Source: a virus (taxonomy: Duplodnaviria > Caudoviricetes). Taken from it: DNA of 63,478 nt. A model generated the notes under the pieces. The model was not told the DNA's origin. It ran no database searches and saw only the letters and a program-made list of their open reading frames with translations. The position numbers and the translations under genes were made by a program. Positions within the stretch are counted from its first letter, which is position 1. Every line of letters begins with the position of its first letter. The stretch is taken from the IMG/VR virus record IMGVR_UViG_3300009596_000001, positions 1-63,478 of that record. The stretch is one strand, 5' to 3'. Shown piece after piece: positions 36,056-44,325 of this stretch.

Positions 36056-36307
36056 ATGCTTCGTCCAAGGCGAAAGCGCACAAAACTTCAGGAAACTGAC
36101 GCTCGTTTACGAAGCATTCATCGGGCTTTGAAAACGGCACGTGGGTCAGGTGGGCGAAGGCTCATAAGTGGGCGATTACGAGCATCTAAGGCTTCTAATC
36201 GTCGCCGAAGCACTCCTAATGTTGGGGAAATAGCAAAACGGGTGCTTGGTATTTTAGGTAGGGGTATAGGTAGAAAACTTCTTAGACAACGCAAAAAGCA
36301 GAGTTGA
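36056..36307 (+). CDS. Highly basic Arg/Lys-rich protein
   Basis: GAGGTG RBS; extreme R/K content. Confidence 0.7.
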   Translation: MLRPRRKRTKLQETDARLRSIHRALKTARGSGGRRLISGRLRASKASNRRRSTPNVGEIAKRVLGILGRGIGRKLLRQRKKQS

Positions 36308-36318
36308 GGTGACGCAGT

Positions 36319-36540
36319 ATGGGTCGTTCAAAAATTCCCAAACGCATCCGGACTGCAATTAGTGAAGAAATACGGAAACTTGTCCGTGAATTTAAACGAA
36401 CAGGTAAAATGTCTACATCACGGGCTACTTATCGTCCCAGAAACATTAAACATGCTCAAAAAATTGCTGCTGCGATTGCTTATGGAAAACACGGTGTAGG
36501 TCGTGCTGGTAAGGGACGGCGTCGGCGGAAGAAGAGGTGA
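36319..36540 (+). CDS. Highly basic protein
   Basis: GAGGTG RBS; AAAIAY motif and RRRRKKR tail. Confidence 0.75.
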   Translation: MGRSKIPKRIRTAISEEIRKLVREFKRTGKMSTSRATYRPRNIKHAQKIAAAIAYGKHGVGRAGKGRRRRKKR

Positions 36541-36752
36541 TGTATGTGAATGTGCCCTTTTGGGAGCACATAAAGTATGACGATTTAGATAAGTTTGAAG
36601 AACTTCTGGAGGCTTTACAGTATATCTTTATCGTATCAGACCCAGACCACTCGGCAGAAACTAACCGTGTCATTCGCCACATGCTTGTTGTGGTAAGGCG
36701 TCTAAAGAATATGTATGACAAAATTAGGGCAACCAAATCCGTGAGTATTTAA
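36537..36752 (+). CDS. Hypothetical protein
   Basis: Coupled ORF. Confidence 0.55.
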   Translation: MMYVNVPFWEHIKYDDLDKFEELLEALQYIFIVSDPDHSAETNRVIRHMLVVVRRLKNMYDKIRATKSVSI

Positions 36753-36755
36753 CTC

Positions 36756-36784
36756 TTGCCTTTTGCAACATTATGCGTTATAAA
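36756..36784 (+). promoter_or_regulatory. Putative promoter for scaffold and capsid genes
   Basis: TTGCCT-N17-TATAAA in an intergenic gap. Confidence 0.55.
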
Positions 36785-36807
36785 TACAATATCGGAGGTG
36801 ACTGCAG

Positions 36808-37491
36808 ATGGAAAAACTGACGGAAAGATTTGATGCTGAAGGCGCAATTGAAGGAATTGAAAGGATGCCTGTGGGTGATGATTGGTTGAAGTCCTTGTTT
36901 GGTGATATCACGCCGCAACAAGCGCAACCTGAAAAGTCCGAAGAGGTGGAGAAAAAACAGGAGACAGAATTAGAAAAGCAAGTTGCTGAGTTGCGGGCGT
37001 ATATTGCGTTGATGCAACTTAATGCGCTTGTTGAGCGTGTCAAAAACGAGTTTTACAACGATAAGCCGCACCTTAAGCCGCATGCTGATATTATAGACAA
37101 GTTGGCAGCGGCAAAGATTAGCGAAATCTTGTCGGGTGGCGCTCAAATTGATAACTTAGATAAAGTGGCTGAGTTGGTTAGAGGGGCTTTGAATGAAGTG
37201 GGGAAACAAATTGAGGAGCGGTTTGGGTTGAGTAAACGGTCGGCAGCAGCGGAGTTGGTAAACCTTCCGCCTTCTAATGTTGCTGCTTCTGGCGGCACTA
37301 CTGGTGGAGAGGAAGAATGGAGTAAGTATGGTGGGGTTGACTTACCGATAAGTAGTAATATGGTGGCACGGGTTGTTTCGGAAGAGGATTTGTGGAAGTG
37401 GCGGAAAGAGATGGCAAGGAAAATGATTGAAGAAAGGATAAAGGATATGAAAAAGAAGCAACAGTCGTGGGTTGAAGGTTATCGCCGTTAA
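36808..37491 (+). CDS. Scaffolding protein (putative)
   Basis: Helical, charged, directly upstream of the capsid gene. Confidence 0.65.
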   Translation: MEKLTERFDAEGAIEGIERMPVGDDWLKSLFGDITPQQAQPEKSEEVEKKQETELEKQVAELRAYIALMQLNALVERVKNEFYNDKPHLKPHADIIDKLAAAKISEILSGGAQIDNLDKVAELVRGALNEVGKQIEERFGLSKRSAAAELVNLPPSNVAASGGTTGGEEEWSKYGGVDLPISSNMVARVVSEEDLWKWRKEMARKMIEERIKDMKKKQQSWVEGYRR

Positions 37492-37525
37492 TTTTAATCC
37501 TGTTCCAATGGGAGGTTGAAAATTT

Positions 37526-38476
37526 ATGCCGAACAGAATGGTTCTGTTCCAACCGACACTTGGCGGTTACTTAGTGTTTCCTACTTTGTCTGAACACTTG
37601 AGGCGTGCAACCTATCCGCTGTATGAAATGCGGCAGTTTGCACGACCCGAGTTTTCCGAGGGCAAGACGGGTGAAATTCACTACTTCAACAGGATTGGTA
37701 GGGTCACAACTTTGGTGAACCCTGTTGGTGAACAAGAGCAGGGGACGCCCTTGCCAGTGCCCACCATCTCTCGTGGTTCGGTTGTTATCCAAGACTACCT
37801 TGCGTTCATGGAGTTTACCGAGCGGTTGGAGCGCTTCGCTGAGTGGGATGTCCAAGAAATCATCATTGAAGCCTTGAAGTTCAACATGGCTCACAACCTT
37901 GACTACCAAGTTGCGCAAGTCCTTAAGAGCACTCCAGTTAAGGCTGTTCCTGTATCTGCAACTGCAACCACTTTCGTTACTGCTGGCAACCCTCCGCAAG
38001 CAGGTTTTGCTGGCTTCAGAAGCGCTCACCTGAAAGACATTGCGGATTACTTCAGGCTAACGCTTCAGGTGCCTCCGTATGACGGTGTTAACTATGTCGG
38101 CATCTTGCATGGTGCTGGCATTCGCAGTTTGTATGATGAGGTTACCGATGCGTTCCTGAAGTATACCGACCCCAATGTCTTCTTCCGCTCGGAAGTTGGG
38201 AACTGGTATAATGTCCGACTTGTTCAAACCAACAACACCGACGCACTGAGGGCTGCGGTTGGCACTGGCGCCAACAAGCCGCCAGAGGGCATCTTCTTGG
38301 CAGCCGACCCTATCATTGAAGTCATCTCCGTCCCCGAGGAAATTCGGGCTGAAACTGTTGCCAACACTTTCGGTAGGATTAAGCGGATAGGTTGGTTCTT
38401 CTCTGGGGCTTGGGCATTAACTTGGAACACTGCCGGTCCCGGCGAAGCACGTGTCATTCACTTCACATCAGGTTAA
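37526..38476 (+). CDS. Major capsid protein (HK97 fold, N4-gp56-like)
   Basis: 316 aa; FRQFA-like MRQFA, YVGILH, SEVGNWYNVRLVQT, FGR...IGW; position in the head module. Confidence 0.85.
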   Translation: MPNRMVLFQPTLGGYLVFPTLSEHLRRATYPLYEMRQFARPEFSEGKTGEIHYFNRIGRVTTLVNPVGEQEQGTPLPVPTISRGSVVIQDYLAFMEFTERLERFAEWDVQEIIIEALKFNMAHNLDYQVAQVLKSTPVKAVPVSATATTFVTAGNPPQAGFAGFRSAHLKDIADYFRLTLQVPPYDGVNYVGILHGAGIRSLYDEVTDAFLKYTDPNVFFRSEVGNWYNVRLVQTNNTDALRAAVGTGANKPPEGIFLAADPIIEVISVPEEIRAETVANTFGRIKRIGWFFSGAWALTWNTAGPGEARVIHFTSG

Positions 38477-38500
38477 TCCAATTAAAGGAGGTCATGTGCG

Positions 38501-38956
38501 ATGTTGGGTCCTGAATTTGAGGCAGTGCGTCAACTCGTTATCAAGGGACAAGATGTTAATACCTCAGGTGCTTTGGTGGCAACCCTTTTGCCTGCTTATG
38601 GGTTGAACGACCAATTCAGCAACACCCCGCTCGCACCTGTTATTGTCAGCATTTCGTATGTTGTCAGAGGTGCTAACTGGGCGCAGAACGTTGTGTTGAC
38701 TTTAACCGAAAAATTGCTTTCTAACGGCAACACTGTCAAGAGCACTACCGTTACTTTACCTGCGCAAAGTGTGGGGCGAGGTGGTATGGTTATCCTACCA
38801 AACGAATTCCAACCCAGAGTAGATAGTTATGTAGAAATTACCGTGACTACTACTGCTAACGCTGCCGGTGCAGCCGCTGACCTTGCAATTAACTATGTCA
38901 TGTCGCCTGAAGTGTTGCCACTCGTCAGGCAAGCCATTAGCGACAGTCCAGTTTGA
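38501..38956 (+). CDS. Capsid decoration protein (putative)
   Basis: Small beta-rich protein co-transcribed after the capsid gene and before a terminator. Confidence 0.55.
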   Translation: MLGPEFEAVRQLVIKGQDVNTSGALVATLLPAYGLNDQFSNTPLAPVIVSISYVVRGANWAQNVVLTLTEKLLSNGNTVKSTTVTLPAQSVGRGGMVILPNEFQPRVDSYVEITVTTTANAAGAAADLAINYVMSPEVLPLVRQAISDSPV

Positions 38957-38970
38957 TGAAGTGATGTAGT

Positions 38971-39000
38971 AAGGGGCGGCGGTTTATACTGCCGCCCCTT
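38971..39000 (+). terminator. Hairpin terminator after the capsid genes
   Basis: AAGGGGCGGCGGT-TTAT-ACTGCCGCCCCTT. Confidence 0.65.
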
Positions 39001-39012
39001 CCCAGACTGGGG

Positions 39013-39291
39013 GTGATAGGGTTGCCATTCCAGCGACATGAGCCGTATAATGTTTACATGGCGCCGCATCACCCGCCGATTTATGAGCAAGGCGGACACT
39101 TCTTTTATCCCGATGGCTGTGAAATTCCTTTGGAAGTGGCTCAACGGTTGTTGGATTATGTGCCACACTTATGTAAGCAGTGGGGAATTCCTGTGAACCA
39201 ACGAAGGTTGGTAATGATGGAAGAGATTGAAGCAAATGAGGACAAGGTGTTGCGGGACAAGATGATGGGCAGATATTTTAGTAAAATCTAA
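39013..39291 (+). CDS. Hypothetical protein
   Basis: ORF in the late operon; YEQGGHFFYPDG motif. Confidence 0.6.
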   Translation: MIGLPFQRHEPYNVYMAPHHPPIYEQGGHFFYPDGCEIPLEVAQRLLDYVPHLCKQWGIPVNQRRLVMMEEIEANEDKVLRDKMMGRYFSKI

Positions 39292-39306
39292 CGGGGTGAT
39301 TGTTGT

Positions 39307-39630
39307 ATGCTTAAGAAACTCATCAAACCCATCAAACTCATCAAACTCATCAAACTTGTCAAAGTAAATTGGCTCTTGTTCAAACTTGGCGATGAAATTC
39401 GGGGTGCTATTTCCAACATCTTACAGCAAGCAAAGGTTATGGGTTTGCATGAATTTCAAAGCAGGTTGGTAAATAAGCCGCTTCCTGTGGCGGAAATCGG
39501 CGGCTTTAAGATTGTTCTGTTCATTACGCTGACACCACAAAAACCCGGCTTGTTTATGTTTCGTGTGAAGTCGGCTGAAGTTTCGGGTGTTAAAATTTAC
39601 TTTTGGGCTGGTGTCATGGATGAAGATTAA
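39307..39630 (+). CDS. Hypothetical protein with N-terminal (LIK)n repeat
   Basis: GGGGTG RBS; 9-bp tandem repeat. Confidence 0.55.
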   Translation: MLKKLIKPIKLIKLIKLVKVNWLLFKLGDEIRGAISNILQQAKVMGLHEFQSRLVNKPLPVAEIGGFKIVLFITLTPQKPGLFMFRVKSAEVSGVKIYFWAGVMDED

Positions 39631-39895
39631 TTGGCGTGAAGTAATTGGCGTTGCAGGAATATTCTTGCTTATGTTGGTCGCCTTTATGGCGGCTAACATG
39701 TGGGCATGGATTATATTCATAGGAGGTGTTATGACATGGCTCGCCGTAGTGGAACTTTGGGTATTCACAACTTACCAGAAGACATTATCGCAGATGTTCT
39801 GGGAGAAGAAGCGGGAGAACAAGGAAGTGTGGCAGATGTTGATGTTAGTGTTGACATTAGCGATGGCGTTGATGCTGCTTCATCTCTGCCGTTAA
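39620..39895 (+). CDS. Three-TM membrane protein (holin candidate)
   Basis: MKINWREV start; three hydrophobic segments. Confidence 0.55.
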   Translation: MKINWREVIGVAGIFLLMLVAFMAANMWAWIIFIGGVMTWLAVVELWVFTTYQKTLSQMFWEKKRENKEVWQMLMLVLTLAMALMLLHLCR

Positions 39896-40106
39896 GTGGC
39901 AGAGAAGTTACTCACTACGACATAATGACTACCTCTGGGATGTTGCAGTTAATTGAGTTAGAGTTACCCAGTGGCGAAAGGATTTGGGACTTCCGAATTT
40001 GGGGCACACGAATTCCTGCTTCCGTAGCGGAACAAATCATCATTGAAAACAACCTGCAGCATATCGTTCCAGAGGGGGCAAAGGAATATTTCCCTAAAAT
40101 TGAGGG

Positions 40107-40424
40107 GTGAAAAAGATGGGGAAGATGCTTCCATCGGAGCAGGTGATTGGCATTGTAGTGCCTGATACTTTATCAGAAGAGGCGGTAGAAAAACTATTGG
40201 CTTTCATTTCCGCATGGATGGAAAAGATGGGGTGGATTTGTTTTTCATGCGGAGACAAGGCAGAAGTTGGGTCTGTTTGGTTTGGGGAAAATGAAAACTT
40301 ACGAACGGTGCTGATGGTCATTGCCCCTGCTTGTGAAGTCTGTGCTAAAGAGTTAGAGGATGGAAGTGAAAGTTTGTATGACCTGTTTGTAGCAAGAAGT
40401 AAACGAATACTTGCACCGGAGTGA
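40107..40424 (+). CDS. CxxC...CxxC hypothetical protein
   Basis: CFSC and CEVC; GAGGGG RBS. Confidence 0.6.
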   Translation: MKKMGKMLPSEQVIGIVVPDTLSEEAVEKLLAFISAWMEKMGWICFSCGDKAEVGSVWFGENENLRTVLMVIAPACEVCAKELEDGSESLYDLFVARSKRILAPE

Positions 40425-41194
40425 TAGTAATGACTGTTGGGGAATTATATGAGTTGGTGAGGTCGCATTTGGCGAACTCGCAACTTGTCTCCCATGAAAA
40501 CTTCTACCGCCTGTTAATTTCCTTTCATAAAGATGCCTACAGGCGGGCTCATTTCTATTCCCTTGCCAATACAGCAATCTTAACACCTTCTTCCAAGTGG
40601 ACATTTGTGTTGCCTGCAGATTTTTCCGATGACATTTCTGCTCTTGTTGTCGCAAAAGAGCATATATTTGCTTCTCCTATCTTGCCGTTTACTTCCAAGA
40701 ACGATTACTTGATGACAGTTGGTTCACACAATTTGGGATATTTGAACTCAGTATGGTCTCCGTCAATTTCTTATGCTTACTACATTGCTAAACCTTCAAA
40801 GATTTGGAAGAACTACTCTGGCGTGATAAATGCGGGAGATGAAGATAAGTTGTCGCTGAATGTGTTTCCGCCTTTAAATACTGAAATATACGAAATTTCG
40901 CTGATGTATTATCCCACTCCGCCAGAGGGGATTGCTGATATAGTTCAGAATTACGAAACGCCGCTGATGCGAAAATACTCAGATTGGGTTCTTTACGAAA
41001 TGGTGTATCGGTGTTATATTTTATTGCGTGACTTTGAAGCGGCTACAATGTTCAAGCAGATAGCAGAAGAGAAATTTATGGAAGCAAAGATGAATGAAGT
41101 CAGGGAAGTATTAACACCCGCAAAAACTCTTCACTTGCAATACTTATCAATCAAGCGTAAGCCCATACCCGGTCCCGCAGTTCCACAAGGTTAA
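40421..41194 (+). CDS. Head-to-tail adaptor (putative)
   Basis: MTVGEL start, FVLPADF, VFPP, YY...D.VLY pattern; precedes the nozzle gene. Confidence 0.65.
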   Translation: MIVMTVGELYELVRSHLANSQLVSHENFYRLLISFHKDAYRRAHFYSLANTAILTPSSKWTFVLPADFSDDISALVVAKEHIFASPILPFTSKNDYLMTVGSHNLGYLNSVWSPSISYAYYIAKPSKIWKNYSGVINAGDEDKLSLNVFPPLNTEIYEISLMYYPTPPEGIADIVQNYETPLMRKYSDWVLYEMVYRCYILLRDFEAATMFKQIAEEKFMEAKMNEVREVLTPAKTLHLQYLSIKRKPIPGPAVPQG

Positions 41195-41210
41195 TAAGGG
41201 GTGATAAGTT

Positions 41211-42767
41211 ATGCCAGCAACACGACCGACAGACCTACAGCAGTGGCAGTTTTTGATGCCCAGAGCAGGTTGGGTTGATGTTGAAATCCCTTTAGGCGGA
41301 GAGGAAGGGGGAAGCGTCAGTTATCTTCACAATTTCCGAGTTTGCAGAGATGGACTGGAAACAACGGTGGGTTGGCATCCAGCAATGTCGGAAGTGGTCG
41401 GAAGTGCAGCAGACAACCCGGGAAGTTTTCTTGGTGTAGTTTCCGCACAAAGAACTGACGGAGTTCTTGTGCATTTCTTCTTCTTTACCCGCAAGATTAG
41501 GATGTGGGTTTTGCAACCCAACGATACATATTCCAAGTATTGGGTTACTCCAGCGGATTGGACTGGCGATGTTTTACAGACTGTTCCTGATATTACCTTT
41601 TTCCAAGATAAGTTTTACATGGCTGTTCCGCATGCGACTTATGGTGGTGTTTTTTACTTAGACCCATATTCCACTGCGCCCATTTGGACAAGGATAAATG
41701 GTGCTCCGCCAGCGGAAACAATTGGGACTTTGGGTTTTCGGTTAGTTGTCGGTAATACTAAGAATGCTACTGGAGGCGCTTATTACAGGATACAGTGGAG
41801 CGGTTTGAACAACCCGACCTCTTGGGATAGTTTACAAACTTTGGACTTACCCATCCACGATGAAATCATTCGTTTTCTTCCCTTTGGAGAACATCTACTT
41901 ATCGTGACAAAGAATAGGTTCTTCGTGTTAGCCTACACAGGAAACGCATTGACGCCGTTTGGTGTTCAATTGGCAACAACCCTGCCGTCAGCCTTGAAGG
42001 ACAAAAGACAGATTGCATCGGTTGCTTTGCATGATGTTAACATGATTGTTTATGCTTTGGACAATGGCTTGTATGCTTTTAGCGGTAACGAGAGTGTGTT
42101 GCTCAGCCAAAACATAGACAAGACATTTAAGCGGACAATGAGTGCTTGTTATTCAATGTTAGTAGGTTACAATCCAACCGATGCCGAAATCTTTTGTGTT
42201 CCGTTTGGCACCGATTTCATAGACCATGTCTTGGTGTATCAGGTTCTGTATCGGGCGTGGTATCGTCGTGATAGACCTATACTTCCAAATGGTTCACACT
42301 TTAGCATTATCAATTACTCTTGGGATGACAAACTTGCTGTTCCGATGTTTGCAGGTTACGACCCATCAACTTACACTTTGCATGTTTACAAATTCAGGAT
42401 GCCTTATGATGATGCTCAAACTCGTGGTAACCAAACCTTTAGCGGGGAGTTTCACATACCCGTTTCGGAGATAGGACCGCCGGGTGCTCAGAAGACAACT
42501 GTCAGCACTTTGTTGTGGTGGACAACTCAAGGCGACCCTAATGCAATCTTTGGAACTTGGGAAGTTTATCTTGCAGTTTCACATTCCTTACCGCAACTCA
42601 CGAACCCCAGTAAGTTCTCTTACACTTTAGTTGCGGCGTTGGATGTAAACGGTTTGGCGGAAGAAAAGGGCATTTACTACACGGGTCGTTACATACGAGG
42701 CAAGATTGTTGCTACTGGCTTGACGACACGGGTTGTATTTCACGGCTTGTTTGTATTCTGGCACTAA
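41211..42767 (+). CDS. Tail nozzle / DNA stabilisation protein (P22 gp10 or T7 gp12-like)
   Basis: Beta-propeller-like repeats, RIQWSGLNNPTSW, C-terminal GRYIR. Confidence 0.75.
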   Translation: MPATRPTDLQQWQFLMPRAGWVDVEIPLGGEEGGSVSYLHNFRVCRDGLETTVGWHPAMSEVVGSAADNPGSFLGVVSAQRTDGVLVHFFFFTRKIRMWVLQPNDTYSKYWVTPADWTGDVLQTVPDITFFQDKFYMAVPHATYGGVFYLDPYSTAPIWTRINGAPPAETIGTLGFRLVVGNTKNATGGAYYRIQWSGLNNPTSWDSLQTLDLPIHDEIIRFLPFGEHLLIVTKNRFFVLAYTGNALTPFGVQLATTLPSALKDKRQIASVALHDVNMIVYALDNGLYAFSGNESVLLSQNIDKTFKRTMSACYSMLVGYNPTDAEIFCVPFGTDFIDHVLVYQVLYRAWYRRDRPILPNGSHFSIINYSWDDKLAVPMFAGYDPSTYTLHVYKFRMPYDDAQTRGNQTFSGEFHIPVSEIGPPGAQKTTVSTLLWWTTQGDPNAIFGTWEVYLAVSHSLPQLTNPSKFSYTLVAALDVNGLAEEKGIYYTGRYIRGKIVATGLTTRVVFHGLFVFWH

Positions 42768-42781
42768 AGGGGTGACTTTTC

Positions 42782-43651
42782 ATGAAGATTGGTAAGTTTT
42801 TCAAGAGGGCGTTGGGTGGTGCTCTGAAGAAACCGCTTAAGACGCTTTTGATTGGTGGCGGGTTAGCGATGACTGGCTTGTTGGGTGCTGGGGCTAAGGC
42901 TGCTGCAACAAAACTGTTGGGTAAAGCGGGGGCTGCAAAATTGCTTAAAGGTTCGGCAAAGAAGTGGTTGCCTTGGCTCGTAGGTGCAGCGGCTCTTGGT
43001 GGATTTGAAAGGAAGAAAATTCGCCCTGAAACTTGGACACCGCAGATGCTTCAACCCTACTTAGAGCCATCATCAAACCCAATTGTAGGTGCACTGTATC
43101 AACAACTTGGTAGTTGGCTTGGTTATTCGCCTGCTTCAATTGCAGCAACTGGCGCAGCGACAACTACTGATTTAGGGCAATTTGCTGCGTTACAGGCAAC
43201 CCGACCTACTGATTGGCAAACTGTTGCAATTTCTACTGCTGAAATGATGCGACCTTTGTTTGAGCAACAACTACAGAGACAAATACAAAGTTTGCACGAA
43301 CAATTGGCTGCGGCAGCAGGAACTCCAAGTGGGGGTGCTCTTGTTGAAGGGTTAACTCGGTTTGCAGGTGAAATGGAAAGAGGCTGGATGTCACAAATTG
43401 CAGATATGGCTTTAAGGGAATTAGCACGGCAACAAGAGATGGCACAAAGATGGGCTTCTCTTGCCCCTGAATTGTTCAGAGGGGCATTAGGGATAGCAGC
43501 GGCTCCGACAGAAATGGCACTTAGGATTGCTGAACACTTGCGACCGGTGTATGGCGGCATGCCCGTGTATCCATACGAAATGCCGTCGCTTATTGAGCGG
43601 TTGGCAGACCCATTTGCAGCATGGGTTAGAGCGGGTGTAATTAAGATATAA
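42782..43651 (+). CDS. Internal virion / ejection protein (putative)
   Basis: Ala/Gly/Gln-rich with amphipathic N-terminus; follows the nozzle gene. Confidence 0.6.
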   Translation: MKIGKFFKRALGGALKKPLKTLLIGGGLAMTGLLGAGAKAAATKLLGKAGAAKLLKGSAKKWLPWLVGAAALGGFERKKIRPETWTPQMLQPYLEPSSNPIVGALYQQLGSWLGYSPASIAATGAATTTDLGQFAALQATRPTDWQTVAISTAEMMRPLFEQQLQRQIQSLHEQLAAAAGTPSGGALVEGLTRFAGEMERGWMSQIADMALRELARQQEMAQRWASLAPELFRGALGIAAAPTEMALRIAEHLRPVYGGMPVYPYEMPSLIERLADPFAAWVRAGVIKI

Positions 43652-43687
43652 TTCTCTCTTGCTATGTAGGTTGTGAGGTGATGTCTT

Positions 43688-44320
43688 ATGCCTTATATCA
43701 ACCCAATGAGTGCTTCAATGATGCAAGCAATGGCAAGGATGGGCTTAGAACCTGCTGGGGGAGGGTTTGGTGCTGCACTTGCTAATACTCTTGGGACGAT
43801 TGCAGAGGCAATAGCACAGCGTAGGGAAATGGTTACCCAGATGTTCATGACTTTGTTGAACCTGTTGTCTACAAATGAAGAAGCACAAAGATTAATAGCC
43901 ACACCCCAAGTTCAGCAATTTATCAAAACAATGTTTCCAGAGTTGGCAGGTGTGTTTGAGGATGTTGATTTGTGGAAGATGATACAGAAAAGTATTAGCA
44001 GGCAAGGTGAAACTGAAGGGGAAACTACTACTACAACAGTAGAAATTCCGAAACTGTCGGTGCCACCTTTACCTTCTGAAGTATTACGAGAAAGGTATGG
44101 TGTTCCAGCGCCGACTGAACCTACTACATACTTAAATGTGCCGCCTTTAATGCCATTTCCGATTGGTGGTGCATGGAAGTGGTTGTTTCCCGAACCAGAA
44201 TTGACACTTCCGCAGGTTGTTGCGGGACAAGAACCTTTCCCGCTGACTGAGTATCTAAGTAATGTTCCCTACAGTATCATTCCTGCGGTGTTGGGAACAA
44301 CTTCGGGTAGAAGGAGGTAG
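43688..44320 (+). CDS. Internal virion / ejection protein (putative)
   Basis: GGGFGAALANTLG helix; position. Confidence 0.55.
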   Translation: MPYINPMSASMMQAMARMGLEPAGGGFGAALANTLGTIAEAIAQRREMVTQMFMTLLNLLSTNEEAQRLIATPQVQQFIKTMFPELAGVFEDVDLWKMIQKSISRQGETEGETTTTTVEIPKLSVPPLPSEVLRERYGVPAPTEPTTYLNVPPLMPFPIGGAWKWLFPEPELTLPQVVAGQEPFPLTEYLSNVPYSIIPAVLGTTSGRRR

Positions 44321-44325
44321 GAAGG

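Noticed and set aside
39700-40110. 136-aa ORF as listed
   Set aside because: The 5' half overlaps the membrane-protein gene; the 3' half is probably coding but I could not fix a start
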